A stretch of DNA of 64,000 nucleotides from Podospora anserina. Taxonomy: Eukaryota. The position numbers were made by a program, and so were the translations under genes. Below are positions 62,251 to 64,000 of this stretch, one piece after another. Position 1 is the stretch's first letter, and each line of letters starts with the position of its first letter. The notes below the pieces were generated by a model, which was given only the letters and a program-made list of their open reading frames with translations, had not been told where the DNA came from and did not search any database. Location of the stretch: the NCBI GenBank assembly GCA_017654855.1, contig CM030337.1, positions 2,542,001 through 2,606,000 on the forward strand, given 5' to 3'.

Positions 62251-62754
62251 TAGGGCGGTTAACAAGTTAAACTTGACTTGACTTGCACGTTCAACCGTCA
62301 AGGCAAGTTAATCGGCCCGATTTTTACGCAAGCTGAATTAAATCCAGGGTAGACTTAACTTGACGATTTGTCAAGGCCTATAATGTATTTTTTATTCATA
62401 CAAACACTAGTGGTCGAGAACTGAGTTCATGGTGGCGAGGTTATTGTTAGGTGTGAGGTTGGCCTCTGAGTTCAACTCGGCAGAACCCAGACCGGAACCT
62501 CCGGAAAGAAAAGGCGCAAGAACCCACTACTGTAGGGACTTTAACGCCAAAGAGCTATAGATAGTTGAGAAAATAAATATCCGATTTGCCCTTACCTACT
62601 TTGCTAAGAATCGGGCCGGAAAAACTACCAGAAGCTTGCAAGTCGGCAAGTCAAGTCAAAGCGGTAAGGACCTTAAGTCAAATCAAAGACCTTGGCGGCA
62701 AGTCAAGTTAAATCGAGGGCCGACTTGACTTGACTTGACTGGTTGACCACCTTG
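62251..62754 (+). mobile_element. hAT-type MITE (~500 bp)
   Basis: TIRs TAGGGCGGTTAAC / GTTGACCACCTTG, (CTTGA)n and (AAGTC)n subterminal repeats, flanking 8-mers GATTAGGC / GATCAAGT that differ only by transitions. Confidence 0.75.
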
Positions 62755-64000
62755 GATCAAGTATAGTAACTTACCGCTCGAACTTTCCCGCAACCCAACC
62801 TATTCTCCTCTGGAAGAACCTTCGACTGGTTGGTTTACGTGGGTCTTCCCGGATAATATATTCCACTGAGTTCCTGCTCTCCTGCCCTTTATCTCCGATT
62901 TAATTTCCTATACAGCTTTTTTCATGGCCTGGATGAACGTCTCCGGGCCACCTGCAATAATAATTGCGTCGAGGGCTTCGGTGCTGCGTTGAACCTTGTT
63001 TGCAGAGTTTATAGCCCTCAATAAACGCCTGATCTGACCGGCCAGTTGCGAATGGTCTGTCTCGAATAGTTCACCTCACAACATCTAGTTTCGCCGTCCT
63101 TTGCTCGAGATCTCATGCCTTTTCCCCGCTGAATGGGAGGACGTTGTATATCGCGCCATTGACCTCAACCACTTCCACACCGGTAGGATCGTCCTACCTC
63201 TAGCCTTCCGTGCTGTATTTTGGCTGGTGAGTGGGCAGGTTATTCGAGAAGTCCGAGGAATGGAGGGTGATGATGGCGGGGACACGGAGTCATGGGCGGG
63301 GTCAAAATCAGCGGAGGAATGGTATAAGATCTACCTACGCCTAGCCGAGCTTTATCCTAGCGTAGTAGGGACACTATCTAAGCCTCTTCTATTGGAAAGC
63401 CAAGCTTCATCTGTCTAAAATCCAAACTCTCATACATAGTATCTAAACTTTATATCAGCTATCTGAGAATTATAGGATTCCCATATCAAACTAAATTCAG
63501 TCTTTTGACAGTGGGTAAGGCCACTTTTCAATGTTTCTTGCGTCGGCTCCAACCTTTTTCTCTTTTTCTTTTTTCGTTAGACTCATGAAATTCCGATTGG
63601 GCTACCTTACCTCATACTGCGCGAGTAAAGTTGTGTGGGTTAAAGTATCATCTTGAACCTATAACCCAGCCAGCAGGACGATTTCGCCGCCCTTCGGTAT
63701 CTTTAATTAACTCTAGCACTCGGGATAAAGCCGAGTTCAATGCAGAGTTCACAACTCGCATCCTGCAGTTATATATGTAGTTACGCCGCGCTTAGGTAGT
63801 GTCACGGGGCCTGAATATTTCGAAAGCCGCCTTACAGAATCAAGAATGTGATGATATTGGGAGTACACGTACCAGCAACAAAGCTACAAAAGAGCATCTT
63901 CATCTTCCATGCCCACACAGTTCCGTCACTGTCAACCACCCCCCCTTAAACGAACGCAACAACGCCAAACACCGCCCCAGCAAAGACCCGCACCAGTGAA

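Noticed and set aside
62270-62745. CRISPR-like short repeats (CTTGA/AAGTC)
   Set aside because: Eukaryotic DNA; these are 5-bp subterminal MITE motifs with no repeat-spacer periodicity.
14491-62754. Starship or other giant transposon, or a Spok meiotic-drive gene
   Set aside because: I recognised no DUF3435 tyrosine-recombinase captain, Spok-like ORF or 5S target site in the window.
61191-63418. Short ORFs at 61.2-61.9 kb and 62.8-63.4 kb
   Set aside because: They look like decayed coding sequence with stops, but no family could be identified.

Overview
Filamentous-ascomycete genomic DNA with short GT..CTRAC/CTAAC..AG introns and a RIP-mutated repeat block. The gene and LTR style suggests Sordariales, probably Podospora-like (inference). 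From 1 to 14 kb: a GT69/CAP59-like glycosyltransferase, a HeLo-like orphan, a mucin-type membrane sensor, a DJ-1/PfpI glyoxalase and a canonical HET-domain gene. From 14.5 to 44 kb is an accessory-looking segment: an NR-PKS C-terminal hydrolase relic, an enoyl-CoA hydratase, a three-gene group (TmpL/NPS12-type adenylation-oxidoreductase, CorA-like channel, and a multi-pass membrane protein with a cryptic HET/TIR-like domain), a truncated aminopeptidase, a Pth11-like protein, a secreted rhodanese, a broken RNase H gene and two divergent P450s, one with a single nonsense codon. From 44.3 to 58 kb is an AT-rich nest of RIP-mutated transposons whose order can be resolved by TSDs: two pogo/Fot1 elements, a Tad-like LINE, three solo LTRs and a full 7.4-kb Gypsy chromovirus that carries an antisense ORF and a tRNA-like cloverleaf. 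From 58 to 64 kb: a Kex2-processed Cys-rich secreted protein and a hAT-type MITE related to an inverted copy at 14.5 kb. The best candidates for something undescribed are the TmpL + CorA-like + membrane HET/TIR-like trio and the tRNA-like cassette inside the retrotransposon. All family calls are by motif recognition, with no searches run.
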